Of a stretch of 64,000 nucleotides of DNA, positions 47,020 to 57,353 are shown in pieces. Below the pieces are notes generated by a model. It was given only the letters and a program-made list of their open reading frames with translations, was not told the origin of the DNA and ran no database searches. A program made the position numbers and the translations under genes. Where the stretch lies: positions 1 to 64,000 of the IMG/VR virus record IMGVR_UViG_3300032116_000001, one strand, 5' to 3'. The stretch's first letter is position 1, and every line of letters begins with the position of its first letter.

Positions 47020-47706
47020 TTAGTGTTTGAGAAAAGCAATATCTTTCTTATGCTTGGGATTGAAGCACAGACGACAGGCCGCGCAATTTGTTTTCTTATC
47101 ACTTCCTTTATGAAGTGCCAAGTCATAAGGGCAAAGAGTCGTATTATCGTCCTGGTCTGCAATCGTATCAATGACTTGCGCGGTTCGGAATCCGTTATCC
47201 TTCGCAATCTTGCGCTCAATCGGAGACTCTACAGAGGCCACAATATGTAGGTTTTCGGGGAAACTTCCCTTGGCATAACTGAAGCCCGCCGCAATCATAC
47301 AACGCACGTCATGAGTATACGTCCATACCGTCACGTCGGGATTCTGCTTGCACCATTCAATAACTTCCGTTAGATACGGCACGTCTAGCGCATGAACACC
47401 GTTCCCGTCAGAAGTAAAGAAGTCGCCAGAAGTATGCAAACGAACCAATCTGGCACCTTTTGAAGTCAGGCGGTCAAGGTCATCATGCCGCGCCGCAGAC
47501 TTTTTTTGTTGCTGATTTACAAGAAACTTCCGAGTGTAACACCCTCCGCCCTTACTCGGCAAGTGAGGACAGGTGCCAGGACAGGTGCCTTCACCCTTGC
47601 CAGCATCCCCGACAGGGCGATAAGTCGTCGCCACCTTATTGAGTTTATCCTTGGGGTCGCTCAGTTTGGAGTTCTGCGACCAAGGAGAAATCAAAGTCGT
47701 GTTCAT
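47020..47706 (-). CDS. gene product 88-like (radical-SAM-related Fe-S) protein
   Basis: NSKL; TCPGTCP...CY; VRLHTSGDF; WTYT; CP...CAACRLC...IAFLKH. Confidence 0.75.
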   Translation of the reverse strand: MNTTLISPWSQNSKLSDPKDKLNKVATTYRPVGDAGKGEGTCPGTCPHLPSKGGGCYTRKFLVNQQQKKSAARHDDLDRLTSKGARLVRLHTSGDFFTSDGNGVHALDVPYLTEVIEWCKQNPDVTVWTYTHDVRCMIAAGFSYAKGSFPENLHIVASVESPIERKIAKDNGFRTAQVIDTIADQDDNTTLCPYDLALHKGSDKKTNCAACRLCFNPKHKKDIAFLKH

Positions 47707-47823
47707 GCTTTATATATCCGATTGTGCTACGGCAGAAAGGGGATTTTTTATGACTTTCTAAGGTTATGTGCCACGATCATAAAAAATCCCTTGCTTTTTG
47801 TGTTTCAAGCGGATATATAAGAT

Positions 47824-48300
47824 ATGTTGATTTTGCCTAAGTTTCACAGCCGATTTGGTGATAAGGGTTTTGCACGCACGCTAGGCAGGCTTATCAGATT
47901 TTATTTTTGGCCTGTTGCCTTTTTTGTCATTTCTCTTGTCTGCCGATTTCAGACTAACCATCATGCAGCGTTTATCTTTAGTGTAGCCACACTGGGAGTG
48001 GTAATCGTTCTGTGCGTTTTATCGGGGTTCGTTGCAAAACTTTCTGAGTCAAGCAATGAACAAGTAGATGCTTTTTGGGCTTTTCTTTCGCATACGGCAA
48101 AGGGCATTTCTGTTGGGTTTTCGCTTTCTGTTTTGAGTTTCATCTTGTGCGTGGCAAGCGTTGTAATTTATAACACCCAAGTCAATGACTTGGTGTCTAT
48201 AACTCTATCGTCTCTTATCGTGGCAAATCTTGTGGTAATGGGCTCTATCGTAAAAGAAACCTTTGAAGACATCGTGCTTGCTTTTAGGGAGCAAAAATAA
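47824..48300 (+). CDS. multi-pass membrane protein
   Basis: 4 TM; promoter motif. Confidence 0.7.
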   Translation: MLILPKFHSRFGDKGFARTLGRLIRFYFWPVAFFVISLVCRFQTNHHAAFIFSVATLGVVIVLCVLSGFVAKLSESSNEQVDAFWAFLSHTAKGISVGFSLSVLSFILCVASVVIYNTQVNDLVSITLSSLIVANLVVMGSIVKETFEDIVLAFREQK

Positions 48301-48394
48301 TGCGACACTATATCATTTTTATGACTTTCTACGATTGTGTGGCACGATCATAAAAAATCCCCCTAATAAAGCTGAGTAATCGGATATATAATGT

Positions 48395-48474
48395 GGGGCA
48401 AATAGCTCAGTAAAGACATATGGGAATGTAACAGTAGAGGTTTCCGCGTATGTTCAAATCCTGTTGCTCCACCA
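48395..48474 (+). ncRNA. tRNA-Ala-like mini RNA lacking an anticodon arm
   Basis: GGGGCAA/TTGCTCC-ACCA with G3:U70; own promoter. Confidence 0.55.
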
Positions 48475-48515
48475 AAAATCCCCTATATTTTCCGCGTTCA
48501 TGCCATATATAAACT

Positions 48516-48698
48516 ATGGCAAAATACACTGTCACCTGCTACAATCCTCACTGCGGCCAAAATGGTCAAGTCATCAATAAAATTGACGTTGACGAGGCTA
48601 ACGAAAATCTACTCGTAGAAAACTTTGGTCAAGGAGGAGAAGATGAAGAAGATTTTTGTGAAGAGTGCGGAATGTTAGGGGTTTTGGAAGAAGCCTAA
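48516..48698 (+). CDS. small Cys-containing protein
   Basis: Promoter motif; CxxxxC...CxxC. Confidence 0.65.
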   Translation: MAKYTVTCYNPHCGQNGQVINKIDVDEANENLLVENFGQGGEDEEDFCEECGMLGVLEEA

Positions 48699-48737
48699 AA
48701 CCATTTTTTGAGGAAAAAATCGAAGGAGAAAATCGAA

Positions 48738-49055
48738 GTGAACAACCAAACCGTAACAATCCCGCAGGTGGGCATGGGAGCCACTCAATGCGTCGGCTCT
48801 GACCGACGAGCGTATACAGTCGTTGAAATTATCAATGACCGAAAAATTGTCCTCCAGCGAGACAAGGTAAAGCGCATCGACTCGAACGGTTTTAGCACAG
48901 AACAAAAGTACTCTTATGAACCAAACCCCAATGGTCACGAAGTTGTTGTGACTTTACGCAAGAATGGACGATGGTGCGAGGTTGGAGAGGCCATCGACAA
49001 CGGAGTTCAATATGTAGTTGGGCATCGAAAAGAATACGACGACCCGCACTTCTAA
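48738..49055 (+). CDS. hypothetical phage protein
   Basis: AGGAG SD with GTG start; PQVGMGAT...SDRRAYTV...YDDPHF. Confidence 0.7.
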   Translation: MNNQTVTIPQVGMGATQCVGSDRRAYTVVEIINDRKIVLQRDKVKRIDSNGFSTEQKYSYEPNPNGHEVVVTLRKNGRWCEVGEAIDNGVQYVVGHRKEYDDPHF

Positions 49056-49192
49056 AACAAAAGCAAAAGACAATGGTATCTAAGAAAATGATGCCATTGT
49101 CTTTTGCGAAAAAATCGAAAAATCGTGGCACACAATCGCAGAAAGTCATAAAAAATCCCTTATCTTTGAGATTCTAATCGGATATATAAATT

Positions 49193-49405
49193 ATGAAGAA
49201 GTTTCTCCTTTTCGCTGGCGAATATACTCCCGAGGGAGGAATGAAAGATTTTCAGGCCTCTGATGACAATGTCGATGCTCTTTACAGAATTTTGTCTTAC
49301 GAAATGGTCAAGCATGATTGGCGATGGTGGCATATTGTTGATAGAGACACTATGAACATTGTTTCAGACAGCAAGTTCCCCGAAGATGGTCCGACCCGAG
49401 TGTAA
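49193..49405 (+). CDS. hypothetical protein, paralog of 49407..49604
   Basis: MKKFLLFAG...WWHIV shared. Confidence 0.75.
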   Translation: MKKFLLFAGEYTPEGGMKDFQASDDNVDALYRILSYEMVKHDWRWWHIVDRDTMNIVSDSKFPEDGPTRV

Positions 49406-49406
49406 A

Positions 49407-49604
49407 ATGAAGAAGTTTCTCCTTTTCGCTGGCTCTTTCCCAAATGAGGGGCAAGGCTGGCGAGATTATAAGTTCACAGCAGATACGATAGGGGAGGTTC
49501 ACGCCTTCCTTGCCAACTACATGGTAAACGAAATGGTGGGCTGGTGGCATATTGTATCTGCGGAAACGATGGAAATTGTAGATAATAACAAGCCGATTCA
49601 TTGA
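49407..49604 (+). CDS. hypothetical protein, paralog of 49193..49405
   Basis: Paralogy. Confidence 0.75.
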   Translation: MKKFLLFAGSFPNEGQGWRDYKFTADTIGEVHAFLANYMVNEMVGWWHIVSAETMEIVDNNKPIH

Positions 49605-49723
49605 TAAGGGCAATTCGTTGAAAAGCGAAAAGTCCTTTTTTCACGCCTTAATGATCGTGCCGCACAATCGTAGAAAGTCATAAAAAATGGGGGCCAATCC
49701 CCCATTTTTTATCTTAGTCCTTT

Positions 49724-50599
49724 TTAGGCCGTCGCCAGTTCTTTCTTTGCTTCCAGGCTCTTGGCCTTGCCTCGGCCCATAATGAAGTTTGCGGCTTTCC
49801 CCGCAAGTCCTGCGGCCTGCACGACCATTTTGGGGTCGTCATTCAGAACCTTGAGCCAGCCCTGAATATAGGCCTGGGTGTTCTCGGTGTCATTGTCGAT
49901 GCCGATTTCTTGGCAGAGAAAGGCGGCTGTGAGTTCTGCTACCAGTTCCTCGCGGCTGTAACCTTCCTTGTCAAGCGTTGAGATTTGCATGACTTCGGGT
50001 CGAGCCAATCGGGATTCGTGGCCCGTCGCGTGACCAAGTTCATGGAATAAGGTCGCGTAATAGGCTTCGGAACTGACAAAAGATTCGATAATAGGCATTT
50101 GGACCCAATCGCCATAAGGCGAATAACAGGCACGATTTCCACCGTGACGAATCTCAGGCACCAGCGGCATTTCTTGGACCACTTCCTCACAACGTTCGAT
50201 GCGGCGATTGTCTTTCAGTTCCTCAATCGGCGGCAGGTCGAGCCCTTCGGTTTGCTCCACATTGAAAACATAAAATTGCTTCAATACGGGGTAGGAACCT
50301 GTCTTGCCAGTCTTATCATCCTCATAACTCACCTGCTTCCAGAACACAATCGGTGTGCCCTTCTCGCCCTTCTTGATTCGCCCGCCCATCTTGTTGATTT
50401 GATTGCAAGTCATCCAGCGCGGGTCGGCAAAGGTAGACATTGACAAAAGCAGAAGGTTGAGCCCGCTATACTTGGTTCCGCTACTGGGGTTGCAGGGTCG
50501 AATCACCGACCAGGGTCGCTTCCAAGCAACGTTTCCGCTCTTTAGGCCCTCGATGATGGTGTTGGTTACGATTTCGTAGACTTCGGACTTCTTCTTCAT
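49724..50599 (-). CDS. ardC: ArdC-like antirestriction protein (ssDNA-binding + zincin-like)
   Basis: WKRPW, YSGLN, IKKGEKG, VFNVEQ, YYATLFHELGHATGH, YSREELVAEL, AYIQGW. Confidence 0.92.
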   Translation of the reverse strand: MKKKSEVYEIVTNTIIEGLKSGNVAWKRPWSVIRPCNPSSGTKYSGLNLLLLSMSTFADPRWMTCNQINKMGGRIKKGEKGTPIVFWKQVSYEDDKTGKTGSYPVLKQFYVFNVEQTEGLDLPPIEELKDNRRIERCEEVVQEMPLVPEIRHGGNRACYSPYGDWVQMPIIESFVSSEAYYATLFHELGHATGHESRLARPEVMQISTLDKEGYSREELVAELTAAFLCQEIGIDNDTENTQAYIQGWLKVLNDDPKMVVQAAGLAGKAANFIMGRGKAKSLEAKKELATA

Positions 50600-50738
50600 T
50601 AGTCTGCCTCTCTTTATATATCCGATTAGACTACGATAGAAAGGGGATTTTTTATGGCTTTCTGAGATTATGGGCCACGATCATTAAAAATCCCCTTTTC
50701 AAGTAAATTCATATAATATAATAGAAAGAAAGGCAAAA

Positions 50739-50906
50739 TTCGCCCGAATTAAATATCGGATTAATGAAGCGAACACATGAATAAATCATGTGGTGACATT
50801 GAAAATAAAGAGGCCGTAAAGATAAGACTTGGCATCCAAGTCAATGCCGTGAAGCCAAGGGCCAACGACATCTGGTGGAGCCTTACCACCACCGAGGCGA
50901 AAAATT
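50739..50906 (+). ncRNA. putative structured ncRNA, copy B (related to 26489..26634)
   Basis: Shared end blocks with copy A. Confidence 0.55.
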
Positions 50907-50960
50907 ACTTGACAATCGGAAAAATCCCCCTTTTCCACTAACACAATCGGATATATAAGC

Positions 50961-51064
50961 AGGTGTCCAGGGGGCGGTGAAAGTCCGCAAGGCGGCTGCA
51001 GAGTCATGAATCTGCAGTGCGGCTGGTTTCCTCTGCGCTTGCGCAAGACCACCCTGGCGAGCCT
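50961..51064 (+). ncRNA. GC-rich structured RNA / 5' leader
   Basis: CCAGGG/CCCTGG, GCGG/CCGC, CTGCAGA/TCTGCAG and TGCGC/GCGCA helices directly after a promoter. Confidence 0.5.
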
Positions 51065-51079
51065 TCACAAGAGAGAAAT

Positions 51080-51292
51080 ATGCACGAGTTTGGTATAACT
51101 TTCCAAAACATCCATGGCGAAACATATGACAGCCCCGAATATGTTGGTCTTACGCTGCCGTTTCGCCCAAATGTTGGTGATGAAATCCTGATTGTGGGGG
51201 CAGGAGGAAAATCCTACAGAGTCTTGAAAGTTGAATATTGCGCTGGGCCATCGTTTGGTGACTTTCTTCTCACCGTCGAACCCGTGGTGTAA
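51080..51292 (+). CDS. hypothetical protein
   Basis: LPFRPNVGDEI. Confidence 0.6.
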   Translation: MHEFGITFQNIHGETYDSPEYVGLTLPFRPNVGDEILIVGAGGKSYRVLKVEYCAGPSFGDFLLTVEPVV

Positions 51293-51333
51293 AAAATCCC
51301 CTATATCTTTTCATCACAAAAGATATAACAAGT

Positions 51334-51570
51334 ATGCTGGAACAGCTGACTCTTGAACATCACGGCGACTTTCATTGCGTGCGTGAGTTTTGGGATTGTG
51401 AATGTGATGATGATTACATTCGGGGCAATGATGACCACAAGTGCGAAAAGTGCGGCATTGAACGCGATGATGCGCCAAACTCTCGACTGACCGAAGTGAT
51501 TGAACGCTATCCCGATTTGGAGAACGTTCCCTGGGTCATTGACCAAGCGTCCAAGAGCTTCATTCACTAA
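51334..51570 (+). CDS. small zinc-binding protein
   Basis: FWDCEC...CEKCG...PNSR. Confidence 0.7.
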   Translation: MLEQLTLEHHGDFHCVREFWDCECDDDYIRGNDDHKCEKCGIERDDAPNSRLTEVIERYPDLENVPWVIDQASKSFIH

Positions 51571-51665
51571 AGGTTCAAACAAAAAAGAGGGCATTGCCCT
51601 CTTTTTTATAACTTTCCATGATTATGGGCCACGATCATTAAAAATGGAAACAAAAAAATGAGACC

Positions 51666-51848
51666 CTATAAGGGCCTCTCGGAGATTTCTTTCTTCCATT
51701 CGGTAATGGTTCGATACCATCCTGGGTACGTATCGGTTTTCCATCCGCCTTGGTATCTAAAGATATTACAAACCGCCACCCAGCCGTGACCATTGTGATA
51801 GCCAATTTGCTTCGAGCCGTCTGACAAAACCGTGGTTTGGATTCTCAT
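51666..51848 (-). CDS. hypothetical protein
   Basis: Coupled to 51845..52057. Confidence 0.55.
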   Translation of the reverse strand: MRIQTTVLSDGSKQIGYHNGHGWVAVCNIFRYQGGWKTDTYPGWYRTITEWKKEISERPL

Positions 51849-52057
51849 TGCGACTTTGCATTGCTGCGAACTTGGCAGCAGTGACAGGGAAAAAACATGT
51901 TATTCACCAAAATCATAAGAATGGCGACATTAAGCCAATCTTGAGTATCAAGTGGAATGCCCAGCGAGAAAACAGAATTACACAGCACAAGAAGAGCCAA
52001 CGGGATGAGAGTGATTGTGTTATTGATGATATTGTTCTTGATGGTCGAAAAACTCAC
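51845..52057 (-). CDS. small membrane protein
   Basis: Reverse promoter motif, GTG start. Confidence 0.65.
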   Translation of the reverse strand: MSFSTIKNNIINNTITLIPLALLVLCNSVFSLGIPLDTQDWLNVAILMILVNNMFFPCHCCQVRSNAKSQ

Positions 52058-52146
52058 ACTTTATATATCCGATTAGACCACGAAAAACAAGGGATTTTTC
52101 AATAATCGTGACACATAATCTCAGAAAGTTATAAAAAATCCGCTTC

Positions 52147-52587
52147 CTAAAAGGAAACGGATTTGAGTGTGTCTAGTATGGCTTCGTTCGATTTGATTTC
52201 GGCTTCCATTTCTTTAAGTCTTTGTTTAGCCCGAGGTATCGAATCCGATAAACGCCTAATTCTATCCTTTCTCCACTTTTCAAGATTCCCCCGCAAAATG
52301 TCATTGTCCAAAATCGCTTTCACCACCAAGTCCTGAAGTTCTTGAGGCACTTGAAACGACTGGCGTCCAGGTCCATGTTTATTGGGCTCCCATCCTTTGA
52401 AACGCCATTCACCGTTATCAAAAGTTGCGCTAATAACATGGCTCATTTGCCTAAAGTGAATAATAGGGGCATTTGAAAGAAGAGTTCCATAACCGACTTC
52501 AAACTGATTGTTATAGTGTCCTTCACCCATGAAACACACCCCATATTTGCCCAAATCACCTTGGTGGTTATAACATCTTGTGTTCAC
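52147..52587 (-). CDS. hypothetical protein
   Basis: Reverse promoter motif. Confidence 0.7.
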   Translation of the reverse strand: MNTRCYNHQGDLGKYGVCFMGEGHYNNQFEVGYGTLLSNAPIIHFRQMSHVISATFDNGEWRFKGWEPNKHGPGRQSFQVPQELQDLVVKAILDNDILRGNLEKWRKDRIRRLSDSIPRAKQRLKEMEAEIKSNEAILDTLKSVSF

Positions 52588-52627
52588 ACTTTATATATCC
52601 GATTAGGCCATGAAAAACAAGGGATTT

Positions 52628-52972
52628 TTATCGAACCCAGTGAATTGCCACGGTTCGCTCACCCTGTTGAAGCCCCAGCCCGTGAACACTTGGCTTGCTT
52701 ACAGCAATTTCACGCGCTTCCTCGAAAGTCTTAGTTACTAGGTCGCCAGTCAAATCATAAATGGCACTCCACGCTTCTGCATCTTGCTCAGACGCGAAAG
52801 TAGCCAAAAGACCAACCGTCATAGGGTCTGGCGCAGGAGTCGTTGCATTTACAGCCGCAAAACGACCACTACCAAGTGAAATCATCACTACAGCATCGGG
52901 GAAAGATTCATCCCCGCCAAGAACATCATTGACTTCAATGTCCAAATCACTCAGAATATCTTCGAGGGGCAC
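52628..52972 (-). CDS. hypothetical protein
   Basis: Reverse promoter motif. Confidence 0.7.
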   Translation of the reverse strand: MPLEDILSDLDIEVNDVLGGDESFPDAVVMISLGSGRFAAVNATTPAPDPMTVGLLATFASEQDAEAWSAIYDLTGDLVTKTFEEAREIAVSKPSVHGLGLQQGERTVAIHWVR

Positions 52973-53646
52973 CCTTTATATATCCGATTAGAACAAGAAA
53001 AACAAGGGATTTTTATGACTTTCTACAATCATGTGCCACACCCAAAGAACACACCAAAATCTCGGATGGAGCGAACACACTTTTGTGCGCCGCTCAAGCC
53101 GAGAAACATACAGAAAACAGAAAATGCCAGAATACTTAGATGCTACATGGTTTTGTTCTCCTCGATGGTGTTTCGCATATTGATTTGATTTTCCTTCGAG
53201 TTTAGAGCTGTTGCCAACTCTTCTTTATATATCCGATTAGAGCCATGCAAAAAGGGGATTTTTTATATAATGATCGTATCACATAATCTCGGAAAGTCAT
53301 AAAGAAAGGCCCCATTTTAGGGGCCTTGTTTTCTTAGACGCTAGTCGTCATAATCGTCATTCCGACGTTCTTTTCCTCGGCGGCGAGACCAATTTAGGTC
53401 CTCACGAGCATGCTTCCCCGCCTTTTCTTTCTTTCTCTTGTTTTTGATGTCTTTGGGCACTAGCCCCCAGTGTTTTTCTGGCCAATCCGAGTTTCGGTTG
53501 GGATTCATCATTACCCTCCTTTTTATATATCCGATTGAAACCATTCAAAAAGGGGATTTTTATAATGATCGTGGCGCATAATCGCAGAAAGTTATAAAGA
53601 AAGGGGCATTAGCCCCTAGTCTTTACTTATGCCCCAGAAGGCAACT

Positions 53647-53841
53647 TCACTTAGCCGTCGGCTTGAGATAAAACATTCCGTCAGTGGCGTCCACACGTTC
53701 AAGAGGTAATTGTTCAGTCACCCCAAGTGACTCCGCAAAACCAAGAAGCGAATAATACGCACTTTCCACCACGCCCATGTCGTTGTCAAGAAGCTCATTG
53801 AAGAGTAGAAGGAATTGCTTTTGTATGAGTCCCTTATTCAC
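53647..53841 (-). CDS. hypothetical protein
   Basis: Reverse promoter motif. Confidence 0.65.
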   Translation of the reverse strand: MNKGLIQKQFLLLFNELLDNDMGVVESAYYSLLGFAESLGVTEQLPLERVDATDGMFYLKPTAK

Positions 53842-53881
53842 TCTTTATATATCCGATTAGAACACGAAAGAAAAGGGATTT

Positions 53882-54277
53882 TTATGAAGCCCACTCGAAG
53901 CGATTCCGCTCAATATGATTCTGAAACACGCGGACAACGGCATCAATGTCCGTGAGTTTTTCATACTCCATATGAGTGTTGAGGCCACCACGGTAGTCCT
54001 TTTGCCCCTTAACGCATCGATAGTAGAACTCAGGTCGCGGAATGCTTCCACCCAGGTGAACATAAAGATTGTCCGAGTGCAAAATCACTTCACCAAGACA
54101 AGCCACGCCAGCCTTGTTTGAGCGAATAGAATACTGCCCGTCTCTCAGGCCAAGACCGTGAGCAATTTCTTCAAGATACTGCTTTGCAAGACGATGAAAA
54201 GTTCGCTTAGCCCTATCATTATAGCCACTATGGGTGGAAGCGATATGAGCCATCATCCTAATGTCTTTAACGTCCAT
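53882..54277 (-). CDS. hypothetical protein of mobile elements
   Basis: IRSNKAGVACLGEVILHSDNLYV...YYRCVKGQKDY. Confidence 0.7.
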   Translation of the reverse strand: MDVKDIRMMAHIASTHSGYNDRAKRTFHRLAKQYLEEIAHGLGLRDGQYSIRSNKAGVACLGEVILHSDNLYVHLGGSIPRPEFYYRCVKGQKDYRGGLNTHMEYEKLTDIDAVVRVFQNHIERNRFEWAS

Positions 54278-54408
54278 GGTTTGTTCCTACATTATATATC
54301 TGATTGAAATACAAAAGAAAAGGGATTTTTTATAATGATCGTGGCGCATAATCTCAGAAAGTTATAAAGAAAGCCCCGTTTTCAGGGGCATTTCTTTGAA
54401 GTCAGTTA

Positions 54409-54870
54409 TTAGAACCCAAAAGACGGGGTTTTCAGCAAGGTGGGCAGTTCTTGAATCGGCACCAACTTCACCTTCCCGTTGGTCTTTTGGTGGACCAAAT
54501 CCGCCCACTTTTCATCCAAGTGCGTGTTAGCGTTGTAAACGATGAGCCCGCCGTCGTAATTCCCGATAATGCTCATCAATCGGGCCACATTGTTCTTCAC
54601 CATAGACCCGATGTAAAGTTGCTGGGTGGCGAAGATTTCAACGGCAATTTTCTTGCCGTTAGTCACCACTTCAAGGTCAATGGTGTGTTCAAATCCAGGC
54701 CGCTCAACGACCGCTTGCGGAACAACCATACCCTTTCCAACGACGGCCTCGAAGGCCTGTTGGACAACAAGTTCGAGCTGAGAGTGCTCGTTGCTGGTGG
54801 AGCGGAAAAGCTTTAGGGGCCAATTGTCGGGGATTTGAAGAAGGGCGACGATGGTTGCAATCTCAGTCAT
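54409..54870 (-). CDS. possible PD-(D/E)XK nuclease-fold protein
   Basis: TIDLEV...KIAVEIF; GAGG SD; reverse promoter. Confidence 0.5.
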   Translation of the reverse strand: MTEIATIVALLQIPDNWPLKLFRSTSNEHSQLELVVQQAFEAVVGKGMVVPQAVVERPGFEHTIDLEVVTNGKKIAVEIFATQQLYIGSMVKNNVARLMSIIGNYDGGLIVYNANTHLDEKWADLVHQKTNGKVKLVPIQELPTLLKTPSFGF

Positions 54871-55275
54871 GATTGTTTTCCTCTCCTTATATATCAGATT
54901 GGGCTACGAAAGAAAGAGGATTTTTTATGACTTTCTGCGATTGTGTGACACAATTCAATGCAAGCCAAATATAAACAAAATCCCTGGCCACGGAGCCTCA
55001 TGCTCATGCGCGACCAGGGTGCCGTCAGTTTTTGGATAATCTCTATACTGTTTGCAACCAATATAGAACCACGTAATCGCGTCCTGAGACTGACCGTTGC
55101 ATTTTCACGCTCTGCAACTAGAGGGGAAGCGGATACTCTTTGGTGTGCAGTCCACTTCTCAGCACTAGCGAGGTTGAGGCCTCGTTCTTCTTATATATCC
55201 GATTAGGCCAATGTAAAAAGGGGATTGTTTATAAAAAAACCCCCGCATTTTCAAACACAATCGGATATATAAAAT

Positions 55276-55674
55276 ATGACCGAAGTCTTTGGACAGACCA
55301 CAGTCGCCGAGGCACTGCACTCGTCAGTTCACGAAGTCGCAAATCTCATTCTTGACAAAGGTTACCAAATCTTTACAGCTGACTGCCGCCCCGACATTCA
55401 CTTCGCATGGCCCAATCGTGACTTTTACTTCACTGACGGGAAGCGCGTTGGATATTGCCAGTATGACAATCTCAATGGACTTGTATTTTGTCAAGTGTTG
55501 AAGGGTCATGGGTTTGGGAATGTCTACGATTATAAAAGCCCCCTGAGCGATTTAGTAGAAAAGACCCTAAACGAAATGCATGAACGACAATATCAAGACT
55601 TTGCAGAGTTTTTGGAATACAGAAAGCAAATTGGTGTACTGTATGAAGTGAAGTCTTTTGAAGTGAAGTTGTAA
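55276..55674 (+). CDS. hypothetical protein
   Basis: Promoter motif upstream. Confidence 0.7.
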   Translation: MTEVFGQTTVAEALHSSVHEVANLILDKGYQIFTADCRPDIHFAWPNRDFYFTDGKRVGYCQYDNLNGLVFCQVLKGHGFGNVYDYKSPLSDLVEKTLNEMHERQYQDFAEFLEYRKQIGVLYEVKSFEVKL

Positions 55675-55771
55675 ATCTCAGGGGCAAAATAAGCCCTTGA
55701 TATTTACTTTTATAACCAAAATGATCGTGCCACACAATCGTAGAAAGTTATAAAAAAGACTAGGGCAAGCC

Positions 55772-55960
55772 CTAGTCCAAATCCTCAAGAAGTTCAGCGT
55801 CGCCTTCATCCATCTCGTTGTCAGAATACCATCGAGAAAATGGGATACTGGCTTTGAAATCTTCCCATGCTTGCCCCAATTCATCTGCTGAATTTACAGA
55901 GAATGATGCCGTATAAGCGGCACTACTGTCTTTATCACAAGCCCGAAAGATTCCAGTCAT
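55772..55960 (-). CDS. hypothetical protein
   Basis: Reverse promoter motif. Confidence 0.65.
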   Translation of the reverse strand: MTGIFRACDKDSSAAYTASFSVNSADELGQAWEDFKASIPFSRWYSDNEMDEGDAELLEDLD

Positions 55961-56000
55961 GCCTTATATATCCGATTGGGACAAAACAAACGGGGGATTT

Positions 56001-56396
56001 TTAGATTTGACTCTCTCGAACAGGAATCCAGTTCTTTTGACGTTCAACTCTTTGGCCAAACTTACCAACCGTGGAAATCAACTCACGAAGTGAAGCGTAT
56101 CCCTTCTCTCGCTCATTGCCCTCGACAATCCCGTAAAACAGGAAGTCATGAGCCTCGGACTGGCGGGCAGTCGAATCTTCGGGGTGAATCATCACACCAT
56201 TTTCGTCCACGGGGCTGCCCTCGATTATAAACCATCGCCAAGTAGGAGCAACAAAGAACAGTTTCAAAACCACCATCGGATTCGGATTCGAGTCTTGAGA
56301 GTAGAGCGGAGGAAGAATGTCCAAAATCTCATCGGGGAGCAAGTGAGAAGCCTGCTTCATGAGTTCAGAGTAGGAAAGTTCAGCGGTGGTGGACAT
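56001..56396 (-). CDS. DUF2958 domain protein
   Basis: LPPLYSQ...VVLKLF...WRWFIIE...FYGIV.G.E.E.GY.SL.EL...VER. Confidence 0.8.
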   Translation of the reverse strand: MSTTAELSYSELMKQASHLLPDEILDILPPLYSQDSNPNPMVVLKLFFVAPTWRWFIIEGSPVDENGVMIHPEDSTARQSEAHDFLFYGIVEGNEREKGYASLRELISTVGKFGQRVERQKNWIPVRESQI

Positions 56397-56451
56397 TTTC
56401 TGTTAACCTCTGTCTTATATATCCGATTAGAATACGAAAGAAAGGGGTTTT

Positions 56452-56676
56452 TTATAATGAGCTTGGCCTATACTCACGGACCACAGGTGCATCATAGACA
56501 TCGTTGGAAATGTCACTCTGAAGGTCACCACAATCCATTATTTTGCTGCACTTATCAAAAAAAGATTTATCAATGCTTTCACCAAGAAGTTCAGCACACA
56601 AAGCCGCGACCTGAAAGTTGTATTCGCTCGGAACACCAGATTCAGCCATGAGCTTTAGGTTTCGCATTTTATCCAT
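56452..56676 (-). CDS. hypothetical protein
   Basis: Reverse promoter motif. Confidence 0.65.
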   Translation of the reverse strand: MDKMRNLKLMAESGVPSEYNFQVAALCAELLGESIDKSFFDKCSKIMDCGDLQSDISNDVYDAPVVREYRPSSL

Positions 56677-57152
56677 ATTTTCATATATCCGATTAGAACA
56701 CGAAAAACAAGGGTTTTTTTATAATGATCGTGTCACACAATCGTAGAAAGCCATAAAGAAAAAGACCCGTCCATCCATGACGGGCCTTTCTTCCTCTTCT
56801 TTTTGTACTTGTATTTTTTTATTCTGGATTTTTGATAGAGTGTGACTTGGGAAACCCAAACAAGATACAAATGAAAATGGTTAATTACTCCATCCTCATA
56901 ATCTCTTGCATCTGATATACGCCCATCGTATACTTCGACACCGCTAAGTTTCAAGACAACGCGCCCGCCTTGCAAGGGACTCGAACCCAAGCTTCGATGT
57001 TAAACGTTTCTCAGATTGTGAAACTTAATTCACTATCACACTCTTCTTTATATATCCGATTAGAGCCATGCAAAAAGGGGATTTTTTAATGATCGTGGCG
57101 CACAATCGTAGAAAGTCATAAAAAAGACGGATGCTCATATTGAGCATCCAAT

Positions 57153-57353
57153 TTAGAGTCTGCGGTATACCGTTACCCCATTGCGATTATGAGACTTCAT
57201 ATAGCCTAGATTTTCCAGTTTTTCAAGTCTCTCAGCCAAAATCACATCATCAAAAGACACTTTAAGGGACAATTGATAGAGCGTTTTTCGCTCGTTGGTG
57301 CCACCGAATTGTCTCAGAATGGCATGGTCGTATGCGGTCAGATTCTTATCCAT
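57153..57353 (-). CDS. small winged-helix protein
   Basis: LTAYDHAIL...LEKLENLGYM...VYR. Confidence 0.6.
   Translation of the reverse strand: MDKNLTAYDHAILRQFGGTNERKTLYQLSLKVSFDDVILAERLEKLENLGYMKSHNRNGVTVYRRL

Noticed and set aside
48395-48474. tmRNA gene
   Set aside because: It has tmRNA-like ends but is only 80 nt, with no tag reading frame or pseudoknots.
50961-51064. FMN riboswitch or RNase P RNA (GGTGAAAGTCC)
   Set aside because: The other conserved blocks of those families are absent and the length is too short for RNase P.
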